Positions 12,475-26,147 of a stretch of DNA of 37,505 nt are shown in pieces. Position 1 is the stretch's first letter, and every line of letters starts with the position of its first letter. The DNA is taken from assembly GCA_024626585.2 (NCBI GenBank), contig JANKJI020000001.1:2110446-2147950 (forward strand). The letters are read 5' to 3'. The translations under genes were made by a program, and so were the position numbers. This DNA is from Ginkgo biloba (lineage: Eukaryota > Plantae > Ginkgophyta). The notes under the pieces were generated by a model. The model made no database searches. It saw nothing but the letters and a program-made list of their open reading frames with translations, and had not been told where the DNA came from.

Positions 12475-12800
12475 GCTCTGATACCACTTGTAAGTAACCT
12501 CTAATCCAACTCACAACACAAGGAATGCTCATAATACATAAATCCAAGATCTCATTAACCAATCCACTTTGAGGGTGAAAACCTCCAATACAAAAGATGA
12601 CTTGAAAGGCTTACAAGATGGTTTATGTAGAAAAATACAAGAGAGAATACCTCGCATGAAGGACAAGTGTCTTACATGCAGAGTTACATAAGAATCAGTG
12701 TCGAAAGAAGGGTATGTAGAGCACGTGAAGGGACAAGTGTTAGAAGTAGGTAGAGTAAGTGGGACTAAGGGTCAATAGTTTATTACAAATATGAGCCTTA
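12475..12800 (-). mobile_element. Perfect Met-type PBS and adjacent LTR end
   Basis: GCTCTGATACCA at 12475-12486 (reverse complement of TGGTATCAGAGC), TG at 12489-12490. The right boundary is arbitrary. Confidence 0.7.
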
Positions 12801-14229
12801 AATGATTAAAATGAGTCAATCTCTTTTTACAATGAACAATGAGATCATCCAAGTAAATTTTAATGATCGATATAATGAGATCATGAAATACCATGGTCAT
12901 TGCTCTCTAGAAGGTTTCTCCTACGTTACCAATGCTAAAGGGAATTGCATTATAAGTAAGAATCCATCAAACAAGAAGATGAATTCTGACTTCAAAACTA
13001 AATCAAGTCTTTCCTAGATATGGGGGACCAAAAGTTGTCCTTTTGAGTGGCCCTATTGATATTTCTAAAGTCAAGACAAATTCAGATCTCATTATTCTTT
13101 TTATAACTAGGATGATATTTGAGCCCTGAGAGGGTTAATCTATAGGGAAGATAACCTTGGCACCCAACATTTTTTTCACTTCTTTTTTCATGACAACACT
13201 AGTGACAGGATTTATCATTCTTTGTTGTTGTCTAAATGACTTAGCTTTGGGGTGTAATGGAATATGGTGGGAATAAACGTTAAGATCGAACCCCTTTAAC
13301 TCTTTAAAGGTCCAAGCAAATAATACTAGTATTTTATGAATGGATCCTAAATTTGTTGTTGCTCAAAGGCAAAGCAATCAGATCCTATGTATAAGTAGTA
13401 GGGATCAGACCTAGTTCTAATATTCAAATACATTGTGTCTTTGATTTTTTCAAGGGAAGGCTTGCCAGCGAGCTTTGGATGGAGGGGGATATCACTAATA
13501 GTAAACATTAATTTTAACATCTGAGTTCCTAGGGAATCATATTAGATGGGAGATTAATAAGTGACTATACTAATCAAAATGATAGTAGGAATTAGATTCA
13601 TATAATTTTCCTTTGATGAAGTAGTAGAGTGCTTCGTCATTATTTAATACCTACTAATGTTCTTCATTAGTGGAAATAGATGGCCAATAAAAAATCTAGA
13701 TAGGAAATGATTTGCTCGCAACTCTAAGATCAAGATTGCATAGTGATGTTCATGTTACTAGGCTATCGACTTCAACACTATAATCTCATAAAATGAATGA
13801 TATCTCAAAGTGGTGAAAATGTTAAATTAAATTCCTTACTAAGTCATGACGATAACGAAGTAGGGAATTATTTATCTTATAGGTATTCTTGTTCTAAAGA
13901 ATTACCAACTTGCTATCAACAAAGACTTGCAAGCTTATTAATTTTAATTTAAAGGCTTTGTTCAGTTTAGCAATCAAGGCTTTATACTCAACCACATTGT
14001 TCATGAAATTGAATTATATCTTAAAAATAAAGTAGAATATTAAACCAGATTCATTCCTACGGATGAATTCTATTTTGACACTACTCTAATTACAAGCACC
14101 ATAAAATGTCATTTTCTATAGGTCAACCCTAACTTCTGGGTCAATTTTGGGGTCAGTTGGTTTAATCTATAACTCCTCAAATAGAGCATAGGTACCAAGG
14201 ATAGATTCAACTAATGGAGAAACCTCATC

Positions 14230-14620
14230 ATCATGCTCCTAATGTACACCATTAAGGAGCGAACAAAATGGATTAGGTTTATATGCTTTGCGGGGGATGG
14301 TCTTGATAATCCTCTAGTATTCTTCCAAACTTTTTCATTTTTTTATTAAAGATGATGCCCTTTCATAAAGGGTTCATTCTTATAACAAAGAGGATAATAG
14401 TTCTTTCTAAACTCCTTCTTGAATTCCACTTAAGAAGATATCTATCATTGTCCCTCTTTCTCTTGAGACCCATAAAGATTCTCCCACCATATAAGAGCCT
14501 TTCTCACCATCTTTAATCTAGTAAATGCGACCCTCCACTTATGTATATAATATCAATAGGAAAAGCACACCTTAATTCCTTGAAAGTGGTTCTTTAAAGA
14601 CATAACTATCTTATTTTTAT
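14230..14620 (-). mobile_element. Ty3/Gypsy gag remnant
   Basis: Minus strand RVAFTRLKMVRKALIWWENL and EFKKEFRKNYYPLCY match gag AxxWW and WxxFKxxLxxxYYPxGY motifs. Confidence 0.7.
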
Positions 14621-17600
14621 TAAAGGAATTGATCGTCGCATTTAAATTAGTATAAAAAGGGTTATTAATAACTAATGGTTCTATATAATAATCATTAACA
14701 TGCTAAGATTAAATAGGAATAGAAACCAAAATAGGAGTTATAGAATAATTTACTAAGGTGGTGGAGTCACTGAATTAGTGGAAAACAAAGTTAAACATTA
14801 TTATTTCACCTATTGCATGATAATAATAATTCTTCCTATATCATCATGACTCTATTTATATTCTTTTCTCATTTTAATTATCATAATTTTTATATGTTCT
14901 TCTTAATAGTTGAGAGTGCCTTCTTGAGAATCATCCAGATCACTTTACCTTCTTCATTTTTTAGTTAGATTATAAACGAAAATTTTGGTGTTAGAAATTC
15001 CTCTATGTTTCCTTCTCCAATACCTTCCTCTCTTTCTCTATTTTGTATTACATTACTAGACATGGATCTAGTAGACACCACTTGAAAAAAAGAAAAAACT
15101 TAATTAGAGTAAAAGGAATCAAATAAGCATCTCACCCAACTCAAAGAAGAAATAGTATTTAATACCAAATGATGTACTCATTATAGAAATACTAAATAAA
15201 ATAATTTAAAGTGTTAAATAATTGATCAATATCCAATAGGTAATCATATCCTTATAATATTATGTACTCTATAACACTTATTATGTTATCCTTTACTTAT
15301 GGTCAATACTAATTTGTTATTATTTGTGACTAATTCCTCTATTAAATTTCATCTAATATGGATCTAAGATAAATGTGTGATTATTATTATAAGTGAAACC
15401 ACATTTATTTAATACACTTCTCTTTTTTCTTCCTCACCACTAGGGTTTCCTCAAATCCAATGATGTGTAATGGAAGATTTTTCATATGTGTAGGCTCCGC
15501 ACATGTCTTTATATAAAAGTCTATAATAAAAATATATATACTTCTAGGATGTATACATATAATAAAATAATATACCTATCACAAATCTAATAAATTTCAC
15601 AAGGAATCAAGAGAATTGATAAAGAAAAATATCTCAAATTATAAGTGTATAAAAGTACAAAGTGTGAGAATATATGATTATGATTTCTTTTATGAGAAGG
15701 CCATTTTNNNNNNNNNNNNNNNNNNNNNNNNNNNNNNNNNNNNNNNNNNNNNNNNNNNNNNNNNNNNNNNNNNNNNNNNNNNNNNNNNNNNNNNNNNNNN
15801 NNNNNNNGCAAGGATAAAATTTATAGTATTTTCTATTGTGGGTTTGAGTGCAGCATAAGTCACACCATATACCAAATCAATGATTGCTAGTATTGAAGGG
15901 TGAAATTTGAGAGTGAGTGAGAGTGTAACTTGTGGAAGATTGCTTAGGGGTAGATGATGTTGCAAAATTAGGAGGACAAGTGAGGAGACAGACTCACAAA
16001 GAGGACTTTGTCATTCTTCTCTTCATTTTATTAGATAAATTTTGCACTACTTAAGTCAACTAGCATTAGAGTGTGGATGCTACGGATAAAGATTTGTTAT
16101 TAATTAGAGGGAGTGCCATACCTTATTCGATGGAAAATAAGCCTAGGAATATTTTCACTCCTTTGGAGTTGCTCTTCTAACTACAAACATGCATTAATGG
16201 AAACTTATAGGATATCTTGTGGTGTTTCCTCAATTCTAAAGTTGTAATATGATGTTAGGTCATTATATTAGTAGATGTGACAAGTCGTGTCATTATATGT
16301 ATGTGAGGGAGGGATTGCCTCCTTTGACTTCAGGAAACTTGTAGTGAAATACTTAATGGATTTGCTTAGTAATTATTTAATCCATGTGAAGGCCTTAAGG
16401 ACTTGGACAAGGTTAATATCTGTTGTGAATTTTCTTCTAAATGCATTGCTCAACTCACCCCAAGATGATATTGACTGAGTTGGAAGAGAGTGATACCACT
16501 TATGGCATTGCTTGCGAGAGTTTGACAAAATAATTGCACAACGATTTATTTTGATGAATCTCCTAGTGTGGCATAGGCCCTTAAATAAGCATGGATATGA
16601 TCGTTGGGACTCTCATTTTTTCTTCTATAATATTTGGGTGAATGGACATTAATTATGGTAAAGAGAGAATGTTGATCATTCAAGGAAAGTGGATATGGGC
16701 TAATCTGATGCATTGCCATGTTTGGATGAAGGATACACCTTATTTAGTTTTGTAGAGTGGTGTGTTTAGGTTCAATACCATGTATATGATGCATTGTTTA
16801 GGAGGATTGGACTATAAATTAGGTGAAGACCCACTTGAAATGCAGGTGTAACCAAGGGATTAGGTTTCTCCCCAATATGGTCACCAATTTAATGTTGACA
16901 GTGAGGTTGTCTTTGTTGATACATTAACTCTAGGTTTAGAGGTAGGGTTTTTAGTCATAGTTCATAGGAATTTGATCTTAATGAGGCATCTTTTCGATTA
17001 GAGAAGTCATGCAACTAAGATGTTACTAGGGATCATTGGTGTGATTTCCTAATAAAGAAACCCTATGGAAGAATGAAGTATGAAGGTTACTAGTTATGCA
17101 ACTCAAATCCAAATGCATGTGAATCAAGTTTGTATGCTAGGTGTGTTAGGTGACTTGTGTTTATGAATGATCTAGCAATGATCAATGAGGATTGAAAGTA
17201 TAGTTGGCATGGTCTTGAAAATTAATTTACTTATGTCTGATAAATGGTTTGGTACATTTTAGTGTGATTGTGTCGTGTTAAAACAAGATATGCAAATGTA
17301 GTAATGATGTTAAACAAGTAGTAGTATTTATTCATAAGATTAAATGTTTTATGTTTTAAATGAATCATGTTGGTTTTGTTTCAATGATTATGTCATGTGT
17401 CATTTAACATTGGCAATAATGTTTTGGTTTAATGCAAACTAAAAGACCATAGAATTAAGATAAAAGCATGAAGTACAATGATGTTATGAGTGAATATAGA
17501 TAGTGACGGTAGAAATTGATACGACCATAAAGACAAAACATAGTGGTGAAATAGCCAAAAAGACCCCTAGACACCACTTAGCCCATTTGAGCAGTACATG

Positions 17601-17769
17601 AGGGTCATATTGGAATAGCATAGGACCGCCTCGATCATGGAGTGTAATTGGCAATGAGTGGATGTTATGAGAGGACAACATTGCCGAGACTAAGAAAAGG
17701 GTTTAGTGTATCCCAGAAGGTGAATTGGGTAGAGAATGATGGAGAACTATATTTCTGGGACTCCAACAA

Positions 17770-17903
17770 CCAGAAAGAGGAGATCCATATGAACTTTGAG
17801 AGCAATCAGGTATGAGGACAAGGACAAGGGTGATCGACTTTTATATAGCATGAAACAATCTAGAATGAATGAGAAAAAACTGAATGACTGTAAGTACATT
17901 GTC
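17770..17903 (+). mobile_element. Ty1/Copia reverse transcriptase fragment
   Basis: EEIHM then DKDKGDRLLYSMKQSRM, resembling EEIYMxQP...KSLYGLKQSPR; cut by an N gap. Confidence 0.5.
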
Positions 17904-18759
17904 NNNNNNNNNNNNNNNNNNNNNNNNNNNNNNNNNNNNNNNNNNNNNNNNNNNNNNNNNNNNNNNNNNNNNNNNNNNNNNNNNNNNNNNNNNNNNNNNN
18001 NNNAAAAAAAAAAAGTGTTTGATTTGGAGTCCAAAAGCTCCTAAAAAGTGCATTTGAAGTTGGAGAAAATCTTAGTCATTTTTGGAGTTGTGTCGTAGAC
18101 ATTTCATAAAAATTGGAAGTTTTAGCAAAGAATTTGGAAACATTTATAATAAATGTTTACATATTCAAAAATCACACACCTAGACATATAATTTTAAGAA
18201 AAATTTGATCTGATTTGGATTCAAAACTTTATTGAAAGATTCAACACAAGTTCAACTAGGGTTTTGGAGTTATTTCTAGGTTTGCGACTGTAATTACAAA
18301 ATGTTTGAAGTTAAAATCGCTAATTTATACAAAATTATTACATATTCAAAAAATTCAAATTCTTCTACTCCAAATTTGTATAAGGAGCATCAAAATTGGC
18401 ACTATATGACCCCATAATCACCCCAAGAAGATAATGCAAATTGAGGAACCAAATTTAGCATTTCTACTAGTTACAGCTAAATCAAAGGTAATTTTTCCAA
18501 TACTTCATATTTTTCTAAAAAAAATCTACAATCATAAATTTTACCCTATTATAGTGAATTAACATAAAATTTAGGCCAAGTTGGCCTTCGGAAGCTTCGG
18601 TAATATTGTAATCAAGTTGGGGTGTGGATTAAGCTTACATAATGGCACTCAATATTCTTAAATTCAGATTTAATGGGCCAAGAAGTGCAATGGTTTAGAT
18701 GGGGGAGTTAAAAAAAGCACTTGACCAAGGACGTATATTCATAGAATGGAAAAAGAGTT

Positions 18760-19740
18760 TTTATAGCGGTATATCTCATTGAAGGTGAAGCAAACACATG
18801 GGGATTAAATTAGTTATTTAACTATGGAAATGTCTGGTCCATTAGAAACTTCAAGAAAACATTCTTTGAAAAGGAATTAGAAGTAGTCAAAAGGGAATGA
18901 GAAATATTATTTAAACAATGTGCAACATATTACAATGAACTTGAAGAGAAAAAAGTATTGCAAAAAGAGCAAGAAGAGGAAAAAGAAGATAATAANNNNN
19001 NNNNNTGAAGAGGACATTGTTGAAGAACATAAAGGAGAAGAGGTTTATGATAATGAAGATGATGATGGTTGGTTGTTTAAGGATGAAAGAGAAGAAGAAT
19101 TTCACGATGAAGAAAACACTATATATGATGAAAATAAATGTGATGATGAACAAGTAGAAGGAGACTGTGAAGAATCAGAAGCCATAAGTGATGGAGATAA
19201 AGGTAATAATGAAGAGACGTTGCAAAAAGAACCCTTCATGGAAGAGATCCCTATGGAGAAAATAGAAGTTACGGATTCATATATAAACAACAATAATAAT
19301 GAGGATAATTATGGTAACAAATAAATAATAGGAAAAATAAGGTAGAGGTTTCCCTAGCACCAATGGAAACACTACCAAATCTAGACACATTCAACGTTCA
19401 TGGGTATATACATAAATCTATGTTAATCATGATGATACATTCAAGATATGCATTGAATTTTATGGATGGAACACAAGTTAAAAGACTGGGATTATAGCTC
19501 AAGAGATGCCAATTTTATATTATGATCCTAGGACATAAGCATCTCATGTGTGAATGGATAGTGAGAAATGTAAAAGCGAAAATGGGTAAATATATATACA
19601 ATAATTATTAATTTATTAATCTAATTGGAGGTATCGATGCAATATTAGGAGTTAAATGATTACAAGATGTGGGAACATATGTAATAAATCACATACAATA
19701 GTTTGTGGCATTCAATAAAAGGAATAATGTATAAGATTCA
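18760..19740 (+). mobile_element. Ty3/Gypsy gag-acidic linker-aspartic protease remnant
   Basis: EGEANTW gag motif, Glu/Asp-rich stretch (ORF 18920-19324), then TFNVHGYI..LIMMIHSRYALNFMD..KRLGL and IGGIDAILGVK*LQDVG, typical of a Gypsy protease. Confidence 0.75.
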
Positions 19741-20485
19741 TGGTATAAAGGTAATCAAAAGTAGATTAACCAAATCTTAACAAAGAGAAGTAGATTCAAG
19801 AACCATAAGATTATTCAACATGATAGTATGATCAAAGGTACAAAGAAAGGGTATTGATGGAATAGAGAAGGAAGATCAAAGTATTATTGAAGACTTTATA
19901 ATATTATCCTAGTTGATATCAAAGGAGATGATGATGTATGCTACATAATTCTAGGATGGAATAAAAGCNNNNNNNNNNNNNNNNNNNNNNNNNNNNNNNN
20001 NNNNNNNNNNNNNNNNNNNNNNNNNNNNNNNNNNNNNNNNNNNNNNNNNNNNNNNNNNNNNNNNNNNNTTTGGCACTATTAAGAATTTAAAGAAAATTCC
20101 ACTCTTTCTCCTTTTCAAATGCACCCCTAGGAATCAGTGTATCATCTGCATCCAAAGTTAACTCAATGATAATCCTTAGGGTTGTAGTATTAATGTGAAC
20201 CCTTCTCACTTCCTAGAATTTTTAGTCAAGTTCCTTCCATAGGTTTGTGAGATCGGGATGAAGATGAAAAGAAACCCAATGTGCTGAAGGTCGAATAANN
20301 NNNNNNNNNNNNNNNNNNNNNNNNNNNNNNNNNNNNNNNNCAACATTTTTATATACCTATGTGTGAAATGCCTTGTCAACAATAATCAATGTTGTAACCT
20401 ATTGCAACACTGATAAAGACTCTTCTACAATGCTTTATCACTGTACAGTTAGATAAATTCGCTAAAAATTAGTCTCAATTTAATT

Positions 20486-20580
20486 CTTTCTGTAATATCG
20501 TGTCTTTACATACCTTTATAAGATCATACTTTCTGTAATATCGTAATTCTTTCTGTAATATCATGTCTTTCTGTAATATT
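20486..20580. repeat. Minisatellite, four copies of CTTTCTGTAATAT
   Basis: Copies start at 20486, 20529, 20549 and 20567. Confidence 0.9.
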
Positions 20581-20599
20581 GTATTTATGTGACGTAATT

Positions 20600-21540
20600 C
20601 CACATGCTGGATATCCATACTATGAAAACTCAACAGACTTCCATGCATTAGGAGACAAAGTCATGGTATAGATCCCAGAAGCCTAAAAACTTGCAAAAAA
20701 GTGCCAAAAGCATGCACCTTTACATATAGGCCAAGGAAATGACCTATACTAACTTATTGAAGTTGTTAATACCTATAAAATTTCCAAAGGGATCCTCTAT
20801 GAAATAATATAATTAGTCTACAAGATCAATGCACCCTTTTTCCATAATATGGACAAGATTCCAAGCAAATATTCAAGCCTCAAGCTTCATAATAAATTAT
20901 TGGACAATAAACAAATCTTTCTATTCATTCCACAATATGATATGCATAAATTGGAAGCATGATAAAAATTACATGAATAAGTTACAAAGACCAAAAGTNN
21001 NNNNNNNNAGAACATAGGGTAAGAGGTTCTTTTATACAAAAAGCCTATTCTAATTAAAGCTAGATTATAATTAAGAATATGCCATGAAAATGTTCACTAA
21101 TTTATGCTCAACTCATAAATAATAGATTAGTGTAATAGTAAGCATGATTTAATTAGTAATATGCCCTTTCACATCTATAGTCCATAATTATCCCTAAGAT
21201 AATAAAATAAAGAGATGATAGTGAGACAAAACCCTATAATGGTAAAAAACTATCTAACAAGTTCCCTTTGCTCATATCCCCTTAATGATCTTGATTCCAT
21301 AGAANNNNNNNNNNGCTCTCTAAGGCACATAACTTCCTCCACTATAAGGAATAAATGAACCCCATTGCATTTCCAAGATAAAAGATGGGAACTCTATTCC
21401 TTTCCAAAGGAATTATGATAACAAGGTATGATCTAGAACTAATTTCATTCCACTATTTCTACTTTATCAAAAAAATAAACCCTATATTTGCATACCTTTC
21501 TTGTCCTTTAATCTTTGAACCTCAAATATGAAGCTTACCT
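20600..21540 (-). mobile_element. Possible very old L1-type ORF2 remnant
   Basis: Weak: KGALIL*TNYIIS*RIPLEIL*VL loosely resembles GALIKLDFEKAYDRVxWxFLxxVL. Confidence 0.25.
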
Positions 21541-21658
21541 AAAGATTGTATATTCTTANNNNNNNNNNNNNNNNNNNNNNNNNNNNNNNNNNNNNNNNNN
21601 NNNNNNNNNNNNNNNNNNNNNNNNNNNNNNNNNNNNNNNNNNNNNNNNNNNNNNNNNN

Positions 21659-23350
21659 CCTAGTCCCCATTTCTGTGATTGGTCATTCACTGCCCGCAAG
21701 TGCTTGATTGAGTGAACAAGGCAAACAACACATAGGTGAGTCCTCGAATATACTACACCTTTGAGTCATGCATGCTGCACATTTGTGCTATGTCTTTGGG
21801 CTGTTGCTGCCTCCTGAAGAACTTGAGTCAGCTCATTCTTTGTAAAATTCAAAGGGTCTGTCCATTCCGCCTATTTATGAACAAAGAAATGTAGCCTGTC
21901 ACATTGTTGAACATCTGAATGACTTCTCCTTGAGATTGTTCACATGCTCTGCTTTTGGTGATGGTCTGGATTTTTATTGACAACCTGAAGCAGCTGCTTT
22001 ACTTCAACTGATTCATTTGGGGTAATAAGCAGATCTTCTTATTCCCTTTGCAAGTGTGTTGACTTCTTCTCATTGTTTAGATATTCTGATATTTCTTCTT
22101 AGCAATAGTGCTGGATTATTTGAAGTGACTGTTCTTTGGAGGATTTCCGCTATTTGTCAAAAAAGAAAGGTTGCCTGTCAACGTGTTTAAGAGCTAAAAT
22201 GGATTCTCCTTGATTTTATTCATGTGCTGTTTATTCTAATGCTGTCTGGAGTTTTGTTGACAATCCTATGAATCTCCTTTATGCTTAAGATATTCTGATG
22301 CTTCTTCACATCAATAGTCTTGTGTTATTTGAGGTGACCATTCTTTGGAGGATTCGAGTCAGACCTTTCTTTGTCAAATTAATCTATTTGTCAGAAAGGA
22401 AAGGTTGCCTGTCAAAATGTTAAAGAGTTAAATAAGTTCTCCTTGAGTTTATTCATATGCTTTGTACTTTTATGATGTCTGGTTTCTTGTTGACAATTCC
22501 ATGTACTCTCTCTACTTGAATTGAATCATATTACTCTTTGAACACATAAAAAATGGACCCCCTGCAATTAAAACAATTGGAAGTATAACCACCCCACTTC
22601 CCATTCTGTGAGTAGTCAGTCACTGCCTGCAAGTGGTTGATTGCATGGTTAAGGCAAAGTTGAAAGAACATTCAGCAACTTGAGTGACGTGGAAGACACT
22701 TGGGTGAGCCTTTGGATATTAAAGGCTTGCATCATGAAACTACGTTTGTGCGATGCCTTTGGACTGTTGCTGCCTCAGGAAGGATTTGAGTTGGATCATT
22801 CTTTATAAAATCAAAAGGGTCCAACCACTCTACCTATTTTTTCTTAAAAAAGTAGCCTCTCATAACGTTGAACAGCTGAATGAATTCTCATTGAGATTGT
22901 TCTCATGCTCTGTATTTTAACGATGTCTGAATTTTTGTTGACAACCTTAAGCAATTACTCTATTCCAACTGAATAATTTGGAGTAAGCAGATCTACTTGT
23001 CCCTCTGCAAGCGTGCTGACCTCTTCTCATGTTTCTTCACAGCAATAGTCTTAGGTTATATAAGGTGACCTTTCTTTGGAGGATTTGAGTAGGACCATTC
23101 TTTATAAAATTAAGCTATTTGTCCAAAAAGAAGGGTTGACTGTCAAAATGTTAGAGAGTTGAACAAATTTTCCTTGAGTTAATTGCTCTGTATTTTAATG
23201 ATGTCTGTTTTTTTGCGAACAATCCTATATACCTTCTCTTATACAACTGAATAACTTGATTAAGCCTATCTGCATGTTCCNNNNNNNNNNAGCATGCTAA
23301 CCTCTTTCATGCATGAGATGCTCTGATGCTTTTTCACAGCTATAGTCCTT
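21659..23350. repeat. Hierarchical diverged tandem array (two blocks of about 0.8-0.9 kb containing five subunits)
   Basis: Block starts CCCATT(T)CTGTGA..CACTGCC.GCAAGTG.TTGATTG at about 21666 and 22599; subunit heads GT(A/T)GCCTGTCA-like at 21891, 22170, 22404, 22852 and 23135. Confidence 0.9.
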
Positions 23351-25579
23351 GGGTCATCAGAGGGAATCTTGTCGTGTTCACGTAATATTTTATTTTACTT
23401 TGGGGATTCTTCTGAATAGTTGCTAATGTAAATGATTTTCAATTTGCTTGTAATACATCTTCAGGAGATGAGAAGCCTATTTGACTAGTGAGGACATAAT
23501 CAACCAATAGGGGAAACGGGATTATATATTACTACTTTTTAGGAAAAATGAAATAAAACAACCTTTTAGTAATTAAACAATAACTGCCTTTCAAATACAG
23601 CTACTACTTCTTAGAACACGACATCAGAAATCTCTGGGACTTTATGTCACTCAAAGTTTGAAACCAGGAGCATTTTTAATTGGCCAAGGACTTCTGATTG
23701 ATACATTAGTAATTCTTGCACCGACTGGGACGTATGCCTTGTATTACTTGTCTCCCATGGGCCCTTCTTTAATCTTGCACTAGTCCTTTACCCGTGGGAA
23801 ATAATTACCACATGTCAAATCTTGAATACATTTCATATTGATATATATATAAATGGTTTGATTAAATTCTCGTTGATAATTTTTAAAATTGAAGATAATT
23901 TTATATATTATATACATTTTATAATTTTTTTAGTATTTTCTCTCTAATGTATTTAATAATAATTTGATTGATTCCATATATATTTATTCTTACATATTAG
24001 AGGATGTTATATGATTGAATATTTTGTACTATTTTATTATTATATTATTTTAATTTAAAGTAGGTGGTCAGTTGGACACGAATCATTTTTAATATATAAT
24101 AATCCTTACTCATGAAAAATAATCAAGTACATATTTTATCAAGTCCCTATTGATAAGTTTTTAAAATTGAATATAATATTAAATTCTTAATATAGTTAAT
24201 AATGATTTAATTAATTTATTTTAAATACATTTAATAATGACATGAAATTATTTCATAAGATTTCACATTCATTCATAATTTTTATATTATCTTATCATTC
24301 ATTAATATAGGGGGTGGAGATTTTGAATGCATTTAATATATCTAATATTGATGATATATATCATAGATAGATGGATATATTATCTAATCATTTATTAATG
24401 AGAGGGGGTGGTTAGTGGAACACCAATATTTTTAGCATATAGTATAGATATAGATGTGCATGAAGGATTTCATTTTGTATTGTGTGCATAAAGAGATAAA
24501 TAGTTGGGTTGAGCTATAGCACCTATTGTGGAGGTGGTGGTTAAAAACAAGTCATCATGACCAAGTCACGTGATAAAGACTTGACAAGGGGTGTTAAAGG
24601 AGACACATAATTTTGATGACAAAGCTCACATGCACAACTTAAGATCATAATCTCCTAAAGGCCCAGAGTTAAGGAGAGTGTGCATTGAATAATAAACATT
24701 TTTAGCACATCATATTGCCTTGAATTGGATCTAATGTCTTCTTTCTCACGTGCATTTTTTTATGTCCATTATGCAATGTCACATTCATTAAAAGTAAGGG
24801 TTGTATGTGTATGCGCGCGAGTAAGTGTGCCCTGTGAATCAATATTGGTGTGTTTAGTGAAACACATTGTATATTGATTGTGTATATACAATATAATCTA
24901 AACCAAACATAGACTTTGCAATTTTTCTCCATGTATCACATCATTGCAAATAAATGTTTTAAGATGGACATGTTATTCCATATTTTTTATGTATGTATAC
25001 TCAATGAATATATAATGTGTATTAATTCCTCCCCCCCCACTTTTAACTATAAATCTCCAAAACACATCCATTTGTTATCTCTGCCTTATTTCAACCCTGA
25101 AAAAGGAGAAAAGAGAGAATGAGTTTTTAACTTTCTAAGATGAGAGTGCAAGCTCAACATTCAAGGAGAGAACATAGCAATACCATAATGAAATGGAATA
25201 CTCATTGCATGTAAGTAGAATAACACATTAATTCACAAGGAATTTAACCACATGTATAAGGGAGATGCACTTAGCACTCAAAACTGTGAGGACCGTGACA
25301 TTTGATAAAATTGGGACCCATATGTCTACCTTTGGATGTGGCTCAAGTGTCGAAGCACTTATTGTTGAAAAGTAAACAAAAATATCTGAAAGGCAACACC
25401 CATAGGTTTGTATTTTAACACACATCATTCATTTGAATCAAGTGTGCTCTCACACATGAACAATTAAAGGCACATAAGTAGCAAAATGGGATGGGGCTAC
25501 CGATCAACTCCAATTGCTTGACGTTTATCCTTGGCATAGGCCAAAGCCCTCAGGCTCAAACATCCATATGTTGGGATAT

Positions 25580-26147
25580 TTTGTTTCCCGAGATAATCCA
25601 TTCGGCAAGAAATGGTATTATCTAAATTTCGAAACAGGAAGAAAAAACAAACAGAAAGGGCCGTGTCAGCCGCATGACTATGTCATGACCCATGTCCCTT
25701 TGCCGTACAACCTGAGTAGATGTAATCCGTGCATGTCGTGGCTCATCGGGGCGAGTTGTGTTGAAGCGGGGCAGTGTCAGATGAATTGTTTTTCGTGAAT
25801 TTTGGATTCCCGAGAAACGGGCGCTGTAATCTGCACCTTCTGCACTTCTCGCTAATGTAATTCTGCTGAATTCCACTGCAGCCCAGGTAAATCCCATGCT
25901 TTTCAGGGCTCTGCGTCTCCAAAAGCTGACAAAAGAGGTTAAGGTCGGTGAAATTTGCATTGAATACACAGATGCGTCCTTTGATTACGAGGTTGGTATG
26001 TAAATATCTATTTAGTGAAGAGTTTGATTCCGCGGAACACACAGCAGACGAACACATACTTGATTCCACTCTTTGAATCAACCAAGAGAAAGAACAGAAT
26101 CATTTATTTTTTCTCTTTTTTATTTTTATTTTTAATTCTACTATCAA
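25580..26147 (+). promoter_or_regulatory. CpG-retaining proximal promoter/5'UTR of the At1g01500-like gene
   Basis: Visibly CG-dinucleotide-rich against CpG-poor flanks; candidate 5'UTR donor CAG|GTAAAT at 25887. G-boxes (CACGTG) lie further upstream at 24567 and 24747. Confidence 0.5.

Noticed and set aside
16100-17500. Probable decayed TE sequence
   Set aside because: No motif I could assign; left unannotated.
18920-19324. Acidic 134-aa ORF as a standalone gene
   Set aside because: Lies between Gypsy gag and protease motifs and spans an N gap; it is a retroelement linker.
20486-20580. Spaced short repeats as CRISPR-like array
   Set aside because: Eukaryotic context, 13-bp units with irregular short spacers, no cas genes; a slippage minisatellite.
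23320-23365. Minus-strand CTGATGA...GAAA motif
   Set aside because: Only a simple 8-bp inverted repeat (CTCTGATG/CATCAGAG); hammerhead stems absent.
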